Source of the DNA: Lophium mytilinum
Taxonomy: Eukaryota
Direction of reading: 5' to 3'
Assembly (NCBI GenBank): GCA_010093605.1
Contig: MU004186.1
Coordinates: 1,964,616-2,028,615 of the forward strand
DNA length: 64,000 nucleotides
Below are positions 12,983-26,047 of the stretch, one piece after another. A model generated the notes under the pieces. It worked only from the letters and a program-made list of their open reading frames with translations, did not search any database and was not told the DNA's origin. Positions within the stretch are counted from its first letter, which is position 1. Each line of letters starts with the position of its first letter. The translations under genes and the position numbers were made by a program.

Positions 12983-14932
12983 ATGCAACCACTCTTTCGC
13001 CGATTCGTACTGCTTTGTGCCATCGCCGCTCTAGGACTCCTCAGTCTTTACCACATTGCCGGATGGGATTCGAAATTACGACCGCCTAGGCCATCCTCAT
13101 TGCTGCGAGGACGTATCAAGCACTCCGTAAAATGGAAAGACGTGCCTGTACGGTATCCTGTGACCTCAACGATCGCACTCCCTTCCGGAACTCCTTCCGC
13201 TATCCCTAGAATACAACACGAATTTGGCATCGAGACCGAGGGGAATAAACAAGAGAGACTGAAGAGATTAGGGGCTGTAAAGCAAGTGTTCCTGCGGTCT
13301 TGGATGGCCTACAGGGAGCATGCGTGGCTCCAGGATGAGATCTCGCCGGTTTCTGGAGGGTTCAACAACCAATTCGGAGGACGAGCTGCTACATTGGTAG
13401 ATGCTCTGGATACGATGGCAATAATGGGCTTGAATAAGGAATTTGACCAGGCCTTAGCTGCGTTGAAACAGATCGATTTCACCACTACGGAAACATCTAC
13501 CATGAACGTCTTTGAGACAACTATACGATATCTTGGAGGCTTGCTGAGCACATATGATCTAACAGGAGGGCAACATTCCATTCTTCTCAAAAAAGCTACG
13601 GAGCTGGGCGACATGCTATATGTAGCATTCGATACTCCCCATCGGCTGCCTATCACTCGGTGGGATTGGGAAAAGTATGCTCATGTCCCTTCATCTTGTC
13701 TGTTTTGGCTAACGTCGACACAGTGGAGCTTTGAGTGGATCTCAGGAAGCGCCTGTTTCGGTTTTGAGTGCCGAACTAGGCTCTCTGAGCCTAGAATTCA
13801 CCCGCCTGTCGCAGATTACTGGAGATGATAAATACTATGATGCTGTAGCACGAGTCTCCAACCAGTTCGAAAAGCATCAGAACTCGACAAGTATCCCTGG
13901 TCTTTGGCCAGTTCGCATCAACCTCCTCGCCGAATCGTTCACCGTGGACCGCACTTTCACTTTTGGCGGAATGTCCGACTCTCTTTACGAATACTTCCCC
14001 AAACAGCACATGCTCCTCGGTGGGCTTGTCCCGCAATATCGCAAATTGTATGTTGGCGCAATAGAGGCTGCTAAGAGGGTCTTGTTCTTCCGCCCTTTGA
14101 CCCCCGACAACAGGGATATTCTCGTGTCGGGTACCGTCAGGAAGAACGCCGCGGACCATTTCAAGCTTCAACCGGAGGCACAGCATTTAGCCTGTTTTGC
14201 TGGCGGCATGGTAGGCATTGGTGCTAAGATCTTCGATCGCCCTGAAGACCTTGATGTTGCGCGCAGGCTTGTGGATGGTTGCATCTGGGCGTATGAGTCC
14301 ATGCCTTCTGGAATCATGCCAGAAAGCTCCAGCGTCATCCCTTGCCATGATCCTAAAGATTGTGAGTGGAGCCGACAAAAATGGTACGATGGGGTTATGG
14401 ATCAGCGCCCTCTGCATTCGTACAGAGATGATGTGGAGAAGATTGTGGAAGAAAACAACCTCGCCCCAGGCTTCACAGACATCACTGATAGGAGATTCCT
14501 ACTCCGGTAAGTCCCAAATCGCTAAAAAGGCACAGTTCACGACGCAGGGAATAGCCACGCTAATGATTTATAGTCCCGAAGCCATAGAGTCCGTGTTCAT
14601 CATGTATCGCATCACCGGTAACACGACGTTACTGGACAATGCCTGGGACATGTTCGAGGCCATCATTGCCAGCACCAGCACGGATATTTCGAACAGCGCA
14701 ATTGCCGACGTGACCGACCTCGAGCCAGAGCTCATTGACGAATGTGAGAGTTTCTGGATGGCCGAGACGCTGAAGTACTTCTATCTGATCTTTTCCGAGC
14801 CGGATGTCGTCAGTCTGGACGAATGGGTTTTGTAAGTGCTGCCGTTCCCCGGGGATGTCTGATGCTTTTGGACTCCTGCTGACTATGAATCAAAGTAATA
14901 CGGAAGCCCACCCTCTGCGCAGGCCGCAGTGA
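12983..14932 (+). CDS. Glycoside hydrolase family 47 alpha-1,2-mannosidase
   Basis: ATLVDALDT, NVFETTIRYLGGLLS, AELGSLSLEFTRLSQ, DSLYEY, HLACFAGG, LR-PEAIES, ESFWMAETLKY and NTEAHP motifs; N-terminal membrane anchor; 3 introns. Confidence 0.93.
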
Positions 14933-15525
14933 TTTTAGACTTGATTTTTCCGGAGTTTGGTGGAATGGGATGAGATTAGACTATGTATAAAATGGTGGAA
15001 AAGGCGCTCTGGGTATCTCAAATAGACGGGACTCTGGTTGCACATTAGGATAATAATTCAGAAATATTTTCTTTCGTTGAGACAGTGCATGTTGATGTAT
15101 ATGTCTGATAGACTTGAATGTACGATAATGAAGGTGAAAGGCTTCTATTACACCACATTACAGAGCAAGCATTATATTGTGGTAATAGCATATATGTTTT
15201 ATTACGACTATACCCCGTCTGTGCTGTCTCACTAGCTTTGTCACCGCGTAACGTCGGCGCTTCGCTGGCGCGAGACGGCTACCTCACAGGCATCAAAGAC
15301 ATCCAAGTCATGCGCATCATCTCCTCTCTCCTCAGACTTGAGCTATGAGTAACCTGACCTCAAAGGTCTCCACCGCTCCTCCGACTACTTAATGTGTTTC
15401 TGCTCCTTGGCCGCACCCAGCACCAACCATCTCCTTGAGAACAGGTGAAATCGTGTCTTAAGTCTCGCTCTTCCCGCCCACCTTACTCAAGCCGAATCTC
15501 TCCGCGCTTGACATAGACATACACC

Positions 15526-16916
15526 ATGGATCGAATCAAGGCTCTGGTGAGAAGACGGTCTTCTTACGAGCCGCTGGAAGGTGGTTCTGAAGGCTCCGAT
15601 GGCGAGCGGATCGAACACCCGAAGTCCCAGGCTTTCTCTTGGATTGACTACTCGGTCTTCTTCTTGCTTGGTATTGCGATGCTATGGGCTTGGTAGGTCT
15701 ACTCCGATCCTGGCTGATCAGTCTAGTATGTGCTAACAAGCATAGGAATATGTTCCTTGCCGCCGCTCCCTACTTTCAACGACGATTCCAATCGGACGAC
15801 CGAATCCTACGCAACTTCCAGTCTGCTGAACTGTCCGTCTCAACCGTAGGGAGCTTGGGATCCACCATTCTCCTCACCAAGCTCCAGGCCCATGCATCAT
15901 ACCCGAAGCGTATAATGGCAGCGCTAGTCATAAATATAGTAGTATTCATGTTCCTCGCCATGTCGACCAAGCTGTTTCTCGGAGTTTCCGCGGGCGTATA
16001 CTTTGGCTTCATGATAGTCATGGTATTCTGTACGAGTCTTGCGACCGCTTTGTGTCAGAACGGCATATTTGCGTACGTGTCCGGCTTTGGACGGGAGGAA
16101 TACACCCAGGGCATCATGGTGGGACAAGGTGTTGCTGGAGTACTTCCATGCATAGCACAAATCGTCTCTGTGCTGTCAGTGCCCAAGAAGACGACGAGTG
16201 CCGATACACCGCAAGAGTCGTCGACATCCGCGTTTGCTTACTTCCTGACGGCAACAATCATCTCTACCATCTCGTTTCTCGCTTTCACTCTACTATTGTC
16301 ACGCCATGGTCATGGGTACCGCCACAGGCCGCTCATGGACTCTATGGATGGCGAGGATGATATCGAAGTGGTCGAGCGGGCCTCCATTCCGCTCATGACG
16401 CTATTCAAGAAGCTGAAATGGCTTGCAGGAGCCGTATTCCTTACCTACAGCATCACCATGTTCTTTCCCGTCTTTACTCAGGAGATCGAGAGCGTCCGGC
16501 CCGTGGCAAGTTCCCCTCGTCTCTTCCAACCATCGTCTTTCATCCCACTCGCATTTCTCTTCTGGAATATCGGCGATCTTGTCGGGAGACTAGCCCCAGC
16601 AATTCCAGCGCTTTGCTTGACATCACGACCACGACTTCTATTCATTTTCTCAGCTTGTCGCATCGTTTTCATCCCTATGTATCTGCTTTGTAACATCCGA
16701 GGGCGGGGCGCTACGATCGCCAGCGACACGTTCTATCTGTTAGTAGTTCAGGTGCTTTTTGGGTTCACTAATGGGCTTCTTGGGAGTAACTGCATGATGG
16801 GCTTTGTTGAGTGGGTCGATGTGGACGAGAGAGAAGCAGCAGGAGGCTTTATGTCGCTCTTCTTGGTAGCCGGTCTATCGACGGGGAGTTTGTTGAGTTT
16901 CTTCGCTGCTGCATGA
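15526..16916 (+). CDS. Equilibrative nucleoside transporter (FUN26-like)
   Basis: FLLGIAMLWAWNMFLAAAPYF across intron 15693-15745; GQGVAG, FLFWNIGDLVGR and FGFTNG motifs; many hydrophobic helices. Confidence 0.92.
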
Positions 16917-17317
16917 AGTAGAGAGATATAATTACAGATAGAATATCCAAACATATCCAAATATTATATGGGAGTGACAACTTGGCGCTCGTCTTGAAGT
17001 CTCCCGGCTGCTGCTCTGGGGTCGCAATGCAGAGTAGAGCTGCAGACCATGATATCTACGATCCGTGTAAGGGATCCAAACACTTCTCAGATTCTATCCG
17101 CAATAATGACACACGTCGTACAAAGACGCCAAGATGTACCACGCTTGACGACGTTGCGAAGGTGAAGTGAATTGGTGGGGCTCTGTCATTGGTGGGGCCG
17201 CACGCACCCCGGTCTCAGAATGTTTGCTCACGACCTCGGACTACCAACCTTCTATCCCCTCCACCTCACTCCCTCACACACTGAACAACCTTCCGCAAGA
17301 GGTTCGAGGACACGGAA

Positions 17318-18613
17318 ATGTCGGAGCCTTCAGTAAACACTCTGAGAATCAAGCGGAAGAGAGACGAACAAGGCCCACATGCCCTCGGTAAGTTGTCCGC
17401 CTCGAAGCTCTACTCGTACTAATGTCCTGCAGTTGTTGACCAGCCTGGCTCCAAAAAGCACCAGACATACCATGGTGCTATCTTCCGACGTATAGACCCC
17501 AACGATGCCTCTTTTGGTCGAGCCCAGGCACCTCAACGCGCGGCGAGTGCTCGAGTCCTCCCAACTATCCCAGTCGTACGAACCACCCAGCCTGGAGAAG
17601 AGAACCGGCCTGCTCGGGCACGCTTGGACTCTGCAAGACCTACCCAACCTTCCCAGGGAACTATCGCACAACCGCTCTCTCCGAGTCACTCGTCGGTGCT
17701 ACACCAACTACGCGCAGATCCGTCGACGTTCAGGCGATTCCATCTCTCTCGGCGGTCTCTTCCTACCTGTCATGCATCACCTAGTGGTCTAGAGAAGAAG
17801 AGGAAACGCGAGAATGCAGTCCCTGTGTTCATGGAGCGAAAGAAGAAAGCCCAGACAAGCACACAAGATCAAGAGGGAAGTGTTGGATCCCAGCAAGAGC
17901 TTGACATTATGCAGGAGTCGGAGTCGAAGTCGAAAGAACAGGCCTCGGCCACACGCAAGCGCCCTGGTGCCGGTGCCAAAGAATTGCAATGGAGGGCCAA
18001 GAATTGGTCAACCCTAGAGAGCAAGAAGTCCCTCGACACTCTGGGAGAACCCCCGCAAGATGTCGTGAAAGACTTGGAGAAGTTTGCGGAGGAAATTGAC
18101 CATCAAGAATCCAAGACTGTCTTGAGCCCTCCAACGACTACTCCAAAGAAGCGCGGTCCAAAAGCACCAGCCCTTAGATACAAGGATAGGTATCCCGAGG
18201 AGCAAAAAGCCCAAGACCACAATGCTATGGATGTCGACATGGAAGACGACGGTGACTATGTATATGACACATATGTCCGAGACGTCGACATGACCAAGCC
18301 TCTAGATGAGAACGGCATTCTCGGTCTACTTGTGATATCAGACGAGGATCAAGAGCTTTGGGACACCTTTGCTGACAACGAGGAAAGCGATGAATTTGAT
18401 ACTGACGACGAAGATGAAAATGCGGAAGATTACTATGGTGCAGATTACCCGGAAGATGAGGTCGACAGCGATGACGAGATGGGCCTAGATCCTTACAAAT
18501 ACCGGCAAGGCGCCTCAGACGACGAAGAATATGACGCCGAGGACGCAGCGTGGAGCGATGACGAGGGAGCGGACCCTGAGAAGCCTTGGACGAACAAGCT
18601 CCAACTGAAGTAA
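17318..18613 (+). CDS. IWR1: RNA polymerase II nuclear-import factor Iwr1
   Basis: N-terminal LRIKRKR (exon 1, intron 17388-17432), then the DYVYDTY and DEDENAEDYYGADYPEDE Iwr1 signatures. Confidence 0.85.
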
Positions 18614-18881
18614 GATATCGAGCAGACCAACGTCCTACGCACCAACTGCAAGCTTGTAATTCACAACAATCATAACGTCAAATGACTGGATAAAGCAAAT
18701 TCGTGGTGAGACTACCTAATGCTCTTGTGACTGAGAGGAGTTCTTTCTTTACAGTAACTCCACGCGTACAGCAAATCGATTGAGAAACGTTGTCGATGAA
18801 ACAAGTGCGTCGCAGAAATAGTACTCTGAAAACTAACCGCAGACCCCAACAGTAGGAGAACAAGTCGAAGAGAAGACCACC

Positions 18882-19538
18882 CTATCTTCTATAGCCGTAT
18901 CTATCAATAGCGACGTCCTTTGGTGGACCGAAGATCATCTCCAATGAATCATACAGATCCTGCCGATGCATGTCCCGGACTTTGCTCATGAAAATCGAAC
19001 GGTTTCCTCGGTTTCTCCTTCCAGCGTCTCGATCTTCTCGTGTCTTTGTCATGCCCCAAGATTTTTCCAGCCTGTAGGCCTCGCTTTGGAGACCTCCCTC
19101 GGTCCTTAGGCATATCTTTGCTGTTGAGCCACGACTCTGGACTCTTTTCCAACGATTGTAAAGCTGTACAGCTTCCTTCCATGGCCTCTCCTGCATGATG
19201 TACAGGTACATCACGACGAGCTTCTCGTCCGGACTGTACGCCTGTTTCGGCGCCGCGTAGACAACTACTTGATTGCCGCCGTTGGTGTCGCAATCGTCGT
19301 GCTCTTCGGGGGAGCCTCGATGGCTATCGACTCGACCTGGACCGCTGTTGTAGTCCATTCTGATCGACAAGCTCGACACATTGACCGAACTCCACGATGG
19401 GGGCTGAGCGTTTGCCGTCGCAGGGTTTGCAAACGATTGCGTCGTCGGGGCTCCAGGGGCAATGAAGTCCAGACTCATTCTGTCCACGGACGAACTTGAT
19501 GGAGAGGGGTAATATCGGTGGGTGGACATGGCAGTCAT
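18882..19538 (-). CDS. Hypothetical protein with a possible Myb-like helix-turn-helix region
   Basis: 218-aa ORF; YSPDEKLVVMYLY...WKEAVQLYN...RTEGGLQSEAYRL resembles divergent fungal Myb-like domains. Confidence 0.55.
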   Translation of the reverse strand: MTAMSTHRYYPSPSSSSVDRMSLDFIAPGAPTTQSFANPATANAQPPSWSSVNVSSLSIRMDYNSGPGRVDSHRGSPEEHDDCDTNGGNQVVVYAAPKQAYSPDEKLVVMYLYIMQERPWKEAVQLYNRWKRVQSRGSTAKICLRTEGGLQSEAYRLEKSWGMTKTREDRDAGRRNRGNRSIFMSKVRDMHRQDLYDSLEMIFGPPKDVAIDRYGYRR

Positions 19539-22500
19539 GCCGTGGATGATGCTGAAGCAAAGTTGTGTTGAGATCGTGTGTTCTGGAAAGGATACTGGGA
19601 GACTCGAATCGCTTGCTTATAAGACCGTCTCAGGAGGGCCTTTATACTGACGAGAAGGCCAGTCGGCATCGCACTCCCAGGCATGATAAGGCCATAGAGT
19701 GGGCCGACCCACACACGTGCATGCCATCCTTTGAAGATTCTTGAGAAGATGGATGCACTGTTTCTGTAAGATGACCTCTCAGATTTCAACCCGACTCACC
19801 TTCTTCATGACGAATATTAGAACTGCGCATATGTGGGTCAAACCAGACTAACCTTGCAGCTCAGGTTACTTCCTTTATTCCCCGAGTTGCCACAGTCTGC
19901 CACGATCTACCATTGTTGGCGAATACCAAAATAGCGGTCTGCAACGCCGACTCTTGGGGGCTGTCTTCGCATCGCAACCACAACTAGGTGTTTCAGGAGC
20001 TTTCTCCGGTCTTTTTTACGTCTAACCCTTACCAGACGTTCGTCCGGCGATCACAAAATTTGATGACGATGTGTAGGTTGCGGACTGCCTCTACTCAAAC
20101 CGTCTTTAAGGACCCTCGAGGCTCATCGGAAAAGAACCCGCGTTTCTTCAGCTTCAACCCCGGCCTCGAGTCGCTCTCCATTCTGTTGAGAATCTTCTCC
20201 ATCGATACATTACGCAGTCTTTCAGTCAGCCACATACCAGGATAAAGCCTGTTGAACGGGATTTTCCCTTAGGCGCTTCTAGCGAGTTATGTAGACGTCG
20301 AGGCGCAGCATGGCGCAAGCTCCGTTACTCGCTGTCAACCGCTCTAGCCCCACCTGGACCCTGCAGCAACGGCTCTTCACCTTTGTTTGTCGGTGGCTGC
20401 ACTTTTATTTGGCCAGTCTGGCAAGGGACAGAGGTGTGGTCAACATAACGTCCGAACATTGGAAGGTACCAAACGCCATTGTCGCCTTCAAGCTATCGCG
20501 CAAGCGATCACCTTCACCCAGCGAAGTCAACTAGAGTCTTTCTCAGCTTTGAATCCTCCTAGGCTGCTCTTTTGGAGTATCACCAGATTGACTAATCAAT
20601 CAATAGACATTGCGTCTGAATGTCGCCCATTCAGCACGGTTGTGCTGGACGTGACGCAGTCCGGAAATAGAGGTACGTACTCGGGAGTAACACTGCAACG
20701 CCACTTCGGAACTCTGCACACTTCTCATCACCTATGCGGCTCGTAACAGGCGGGTAACAAATAAGACATTCACTCAGCGCGTCCATACGAGCTAGATGAG
20801 GATCTTCCACACTTGTGGACTGTCATGGGTTGACAGCCTTTCGGGTCCCGTTAATTTCGCAATGTCTGTAGTGCGGGCTGCGGTATTTCAGTCTATGGAA
20901 TAGCTCGAAACACTCCTCCCATTTGTAGATGTTATTCTTAGCGTGTTGTGAGGCCCCCTCATTCCTCCGCGTCTGTACGACATGTCATATCTCATTGGAA
21001 AGGCTTCGCGAGAAAAACAAATCAACACCTAAGGATCTAGAGCTAGGCGGGCAAAAGTATCGACAGCTGTCATGCACACGTCAAAACTAACGTTTAGCTG
21101 CAGGTCATGGTCAGCGGCATGGGTGTGATACTCGAATTGCAGATACTGCCAATTTACCCTTACCATGGCGCCCCTGACCTTTTACCAGCGCGAATTTCAG
21201 ATTAGTTGCAGATGGGGACGCGGGAGAGGAGCCGCCCGGCGCTCATCTGATCAAGTCTGCATTGACAATGCAACAATTCCGCGTTGTACTGCAAAAAGCG
21301 GAAAAGCTAGACCGATCTTGCGCTCAACATCGTCGCCAGGAAGACTCGTCCTGCATGAAGCGCAACGATAGTCCCAGATACCGCTCCGCCATTACCCAGC
21401 CAGACACTCTGCATAGAAATTCACAAGATGGCAATCGCGGCAATGAGAAAACCGCTTTCAGAAAAGGCGGTAGCGGATTGCAGCTGTACGACAGACCAAA
21501 CGCAGCACCGAAGGCCTCACGAACCTTGTCTAAGAGCCCCATTCCTGCCGCAGTCTACGCATCGACTGGGACTTCGGACAATTAGCGCATCGGAAAACAA
21601 CGTGCACACTAGTAATGGGACGACTTCCATACCATACCATCTCTGACGGAGAATCGACCTCGTCGATGTACCTCGATGCGCAAATGAGAAGGCTGCCCGT
21701 ACCGCACACCAACTCCAGCGATGGGGTCAGAAGACATATGTCGCACGAAGGTCGCCCATGGTCTTCCATACAGACATGACACCGGGTGAGTGCATCTTCA
21801 GTAAGCTTCCCCAGCAAGCCATGAGGACTTAGACCCACCCACACACCAACGTGCTAGAGATCAAAGCCAGATTTCAGCAGCCAATCCTTCACCTGCGATC
21901 CCTATGCCCAATGTCTCACTCTCTCGAAACAACGAGGTAGACTACGAAAAATCCCTGTCCCGCGTATACATATGTATGCACCATGAAGCAGACTCCGAGC
22001 GGTCGGCATGCCTGAGGAAAGTTCCGAATTCATGGCCGCGCTCTGCGTTGGCGCGATCAGCCCAAGGGGAGCTCACCGGGCGCGGGACTGGGACCCGCAA
22101 CCGGGTCTCTCCATGATGTTCCACGTTATCGAGGAGCATTGATTGGGATTCTCGAAGGGGTATGGCTGCTTCTTGGACGCAAGCGGGGGCGGGTGGGTGC
22201 GGGGAGCTGGGAAGCTTCCCAGCTCTCCGAATTCGCCCCAGGAGGGGGCAGATTCCGGTCTCGGATCTGGTCAATGCTTTTGCAGACGTCAGGTGTATTG
22301 GCTTTGTTAGCTGCTGCTTTCTGTACCACCTAAGCCAATCACGTGTCCAAAGGCTCCAGGGCTTTCATTGACTAGATCTGAGGCTCAAGAATGACCCCCT
22401 GTAAGTCGGAGACGTGTACTACCACACCTCGAGTAATCGATCATGATACTTACTACGACGACCTCGAAGACAGACGGTTACGCAGAACCGTTTCTCTGGT

Positions 22501-23628
22501 TTTCGTGGCCCATAGTGCTCCCTCTAGACTCTCCTTCACCGAAAAACGGCTGTCTCCTGCCACACTGGCGCCAGCAGCGCCAATGTCTCTCCTACAGGCC
22601 TCGAGGTCACCTTCTAGACTCTAGAGAGGTTAGCAGCCGCGTGTTTGACTTAAAGAAACGTCTCACATGAACTGTAGCATGCCTACCTTTTGCAACCACC
22701 TTCATCAAACAGGTCGATATCAGAGCGCCCAATGACGTCGAGGCCGCAACTCGCAGCCTCTGCACGCAACTACGCCACTATGACTATCAATAACACAGTC
22801 GTTTTCAAGGACTGGAAGCTGACATAGACGGCACCCCTCCCCGACTACAGTACATATGCGGACCCCTACCGGCAGGGGCGGCTGCTCGCAAAGAACCCCA
22901 AACCGTCCACACAGGGACGGAGCAGGACTCACTTGATCTACCGAGCCCACGCACGGTTCTACGTCAACTATCTCCTGAGTTCAGGGTTTTACTGAAACCC
23001 ATCTTCGATACTCATACTTCGCGAGAGAAGGCCAGAGGTTCTCCGCTATGTAGCATCTTGGAGCATGTGGCATTTTCGAGAGGGTTTCGGGAGAGAGATG
23101 TGGTAGGTGCCTAAATAAAAAAAAAGCAGTGTGGGCTTAAACTTGGGTGTTTTTGCAGCTTGAGAATAGGTTTGAGTAGAAGCCTCAGCTCAGTATTGAT
23201 ATGCTGTAGGCGGGGACACTTTGAGGGCTCGTCGAAAGAGAGAGAAGGCATTGTGGCTAGTGTGCTACCGTTACTTGGTGCAGGTTGAAGAATCTGGACA
23301 ATACGTACGTACTATACAAGGAGTGCCTTGCTCGTGTCCTCAATTTGCCAGGCTACTACAAACGCCTTCGTGTCTAGAGCTGAGATGATTTCATGTAGAC
23401 TAGAGCCTGACAGCATACGAGCCCCAACTCATTGACAATTGCTTCACATTGAGAGGCTAATGATCAGTCATGCTGTGAACGAGAAGTGGAGCAGCGGAAA
23501 ACAGTATCACATAAAAAGAGAGTCGCATTGCATTCCTAACGAAGGAAGGGGTATCTCTAAGCCTACACCACACACAAAAAGAAGTAACACCACAACGCCT
23601 ATCGCACCCAACATGAACACCACAGCTC

Positions 23629-25381
23629 TCAAGCTCCGCTGGCTACACTCGCAATGCTAGCCTTCCTCTGTGCGCCCGGCGGCGGTAGCTGTCCGGGCAT
23701 AATCTGCCGAGGGCCTTGCCCGTTAGCCATGACGCTCTGCCGCCTGCTTCCCGGCTGCTGGCCGCCTGGGCCATCGAGCCCCGCGCTCAGGGGAGGTGCG
23801 AATTGCCCGCCTCCACCGCTGTTTCCGCTGAAGTCTCCACCGCCGCCCATACCTAGCCCGCTGAGCATTGCCCTACTAGGAGGCATATTGTTCGGGTCGG
23901 AAGGTTGTCCGGTTGAGAAGAGGCTCGCACCGCGAGTCCCGCTTAGAGCGGCATGTAGCATGTCCTTCATCCGGATGTACTGGTACTTTGATTTGGTTGG
24001 GATGAAAGTGCGCGTGGCGAGGGGCCGCGCTCGAGCGCGAGCAACTGCGGCCATGACGGCTTCTTTCTCTTCGTCTGAGTCGACGGCACCTTGCGGTTCA
24101 AGATCTTCTGCGAGAGGGGCATTGGCATCGATGGCGGCTCCTGCATATGAGGTTAGCTGGCTGCTGGTTGCAGGATTACAATCAAGAAAGTAAGACGCAT
24201 GCCAAGCTAGATACTATGAGGAGTCTGTCTGCCCCAAGTCTGAGAAGTCTATCTCGCTCAAGTCCGCGGAGTCTATGTCGCTCAATTCCGAGGAGTCTGT
24301 CTCGCTCGATTCCGAAGATGTTGCCTCACTCGGATTTTTCTCCTCATTTTTTAATGCGACAGACACATGCTCCCTTGAAATTTTAAGAATAAATGTTTGC
24401 TTACTTTGTTGTTTTGCCTGGTTCTTCTTCTGGTACTGTGCTAAAAGCATGTCATAAGGCAAACTTCGCCCCGGCACCGCACGCTTCAATCCCATCGAGT
24501 GGCTCTTGCAAGTCAAGCTCCTAGCACAGAACCCTCCATTCGTAAGAGGAACACCACACTGCTTCTCCACGTCGACGGGACCCTTTGGCTTGGCAGCCTT
24601 GGCCTTAGGCTCATCCTTCTTCTTTTTCTTCGCGTTGGGCGCCTTGTCGGCATCCCCATCCAGCTTGCGCTTCTTTCCTTTCTTCGCCGCGTCACCGTCG
24701 GCAGCTGCGCCTTTGACGGCACTCTTCCGCGCATTGTTCTTGCCCCCTTCTCCCTCGTCATCCTTCTCGCCCTTCTCCTTGCGCAAGGCGGCATCCTTGG
24801 CCTCCTTGGCTTCCTTCTTCTTCTTGAGCTTCTCTTGTTTCTTATTCAGACAATCCTTGATGTGGGCTGCGGAAACGACGCGGAGGACCGGGCGTTTGCA
24901 ATGACGGCACTGGACTGTGTCGACTTTGTCTTCAAGAGGGCGGCCAGTCGGAAAGGCGGCGAGTGTTTTCTCATCCTGGGGATTTACGAGGGGAGACGAA
25001 GGGGTGGTGGACGCGGCGTCGGACTTTTTGGTAGTCTCGACATCTAGTTCTGAGATTAGCCTGATGATCCCAGGAAGTAACGTAGCGCAAGAACTTGACA
25101 TGTGCCTAATCGGAGCTTGTATATATATAGAGGGAGCACATACTGATAACCTCGCTTTCCTTCCAGTTCCCGGGAATGGTCTGCTTCAGAGGGGGCTTCT
25201 TGAGTTTGAGTGTCAAAGTCTTCCCCTTGGGGTGCTCGGGGAAGATGTTCTTGTAGATGTCTGGATCGACGATGCCTGCTTTCGAGGCCGAAGACGCTGG
25301 TACTAGAATAAGCATTAGTAGCGTGCCTTAGAGCTAGGGCATCATATCAGGCCTACTTTTGCGGGCGCCGTTTGTGGACAT
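23629..25381 (-). CDS. SGF73: SAGA deubiquitination-module subunit Sgf73 (ataxin-7 homolog)
   Basis: CRHCKRP...HIKDC zinc finger and SCA7 domain (PVDVEKQCGV...CARSLTCKSHSMGLKRAVPGRS); several introns, including a 264-nt intron at 24141-24404. Confidence 0.93.
24221..24316. repeat. 24-bp tandem repeat x4 inside an SGF73 intron
   Basis: GAGTCTGTCTGCCCCAAGTCTGAG / AAGTCTATCTCGCTCAAGTCCGCG / GAGTCTATGTCGCTCAATTCCGAG / GAGTCTGTCTCGCTCGATTCCGAA. Confidence 0.85.
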
Positions 25382-26047
25382 GCTGGAGTGGGTGAGGCGG
25401 GTGAGGTGCGTAAGATGTGGCGGGTGACAGGCACGGTCAAGTGTAAGTGAGGGACGTGTATACTCTGTAAATTTTAAAGATAGCTGTTTGAGAGAAAGTA
25501 GAGGGTCGGGGCGGGGTGTGGGGGTGTTGTATGCGATGAGGCGCTGCCTTCACTCTCCGATGCCGCGGAATCCGCTAAGCCGCATTAGCAGACCACGTGA
25601 CTGACTCAGTACATCATTACATCTTTACACATGCGTCAAGTGCTACCTCCGAGATGAGCATACTGTCACGATGATGAGGGCTCCAGAGAGTTGATATAAT
25701 TACAATTACCAGCCTAGGAACGCAGGTACGCACGCGAGTTAGCAGTCTATCAATGGCGTCAACGGATACTAGATGTCTCGACTATGCATCTGCGTCACAG
25801 CTCATAGACTTGATTTTACGAAGTAGTTTCCGAGAATGCCGTCATCCAATCAGGCCAATATATACAATGCCCCTGGAAGTGTCTATGTACAAGTTTTGAT
25901 AAACCTCCTGATTCACACGCATCTATTCCGGCCTCCTGCATCTTCATTGCGAAGTACCTTCCTTCCCTCAAAGGCTCTCTGGTCATCTAAGCGTGGTTAG
26001 CAAACAGTCTGTGGATGACTGAGTTAAAATCTCCTTACAAGTAGTGC

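Noticed and set aside
20019..20040. CTAACCCTTA as a telomerase RNA template
   Set aside because: It is an imperfect match to a TAACCCTAA-type template and lies inside a short local hairpin. I could not identify a pseudoknot or CR4/5 element; an Infernal search would be needed.
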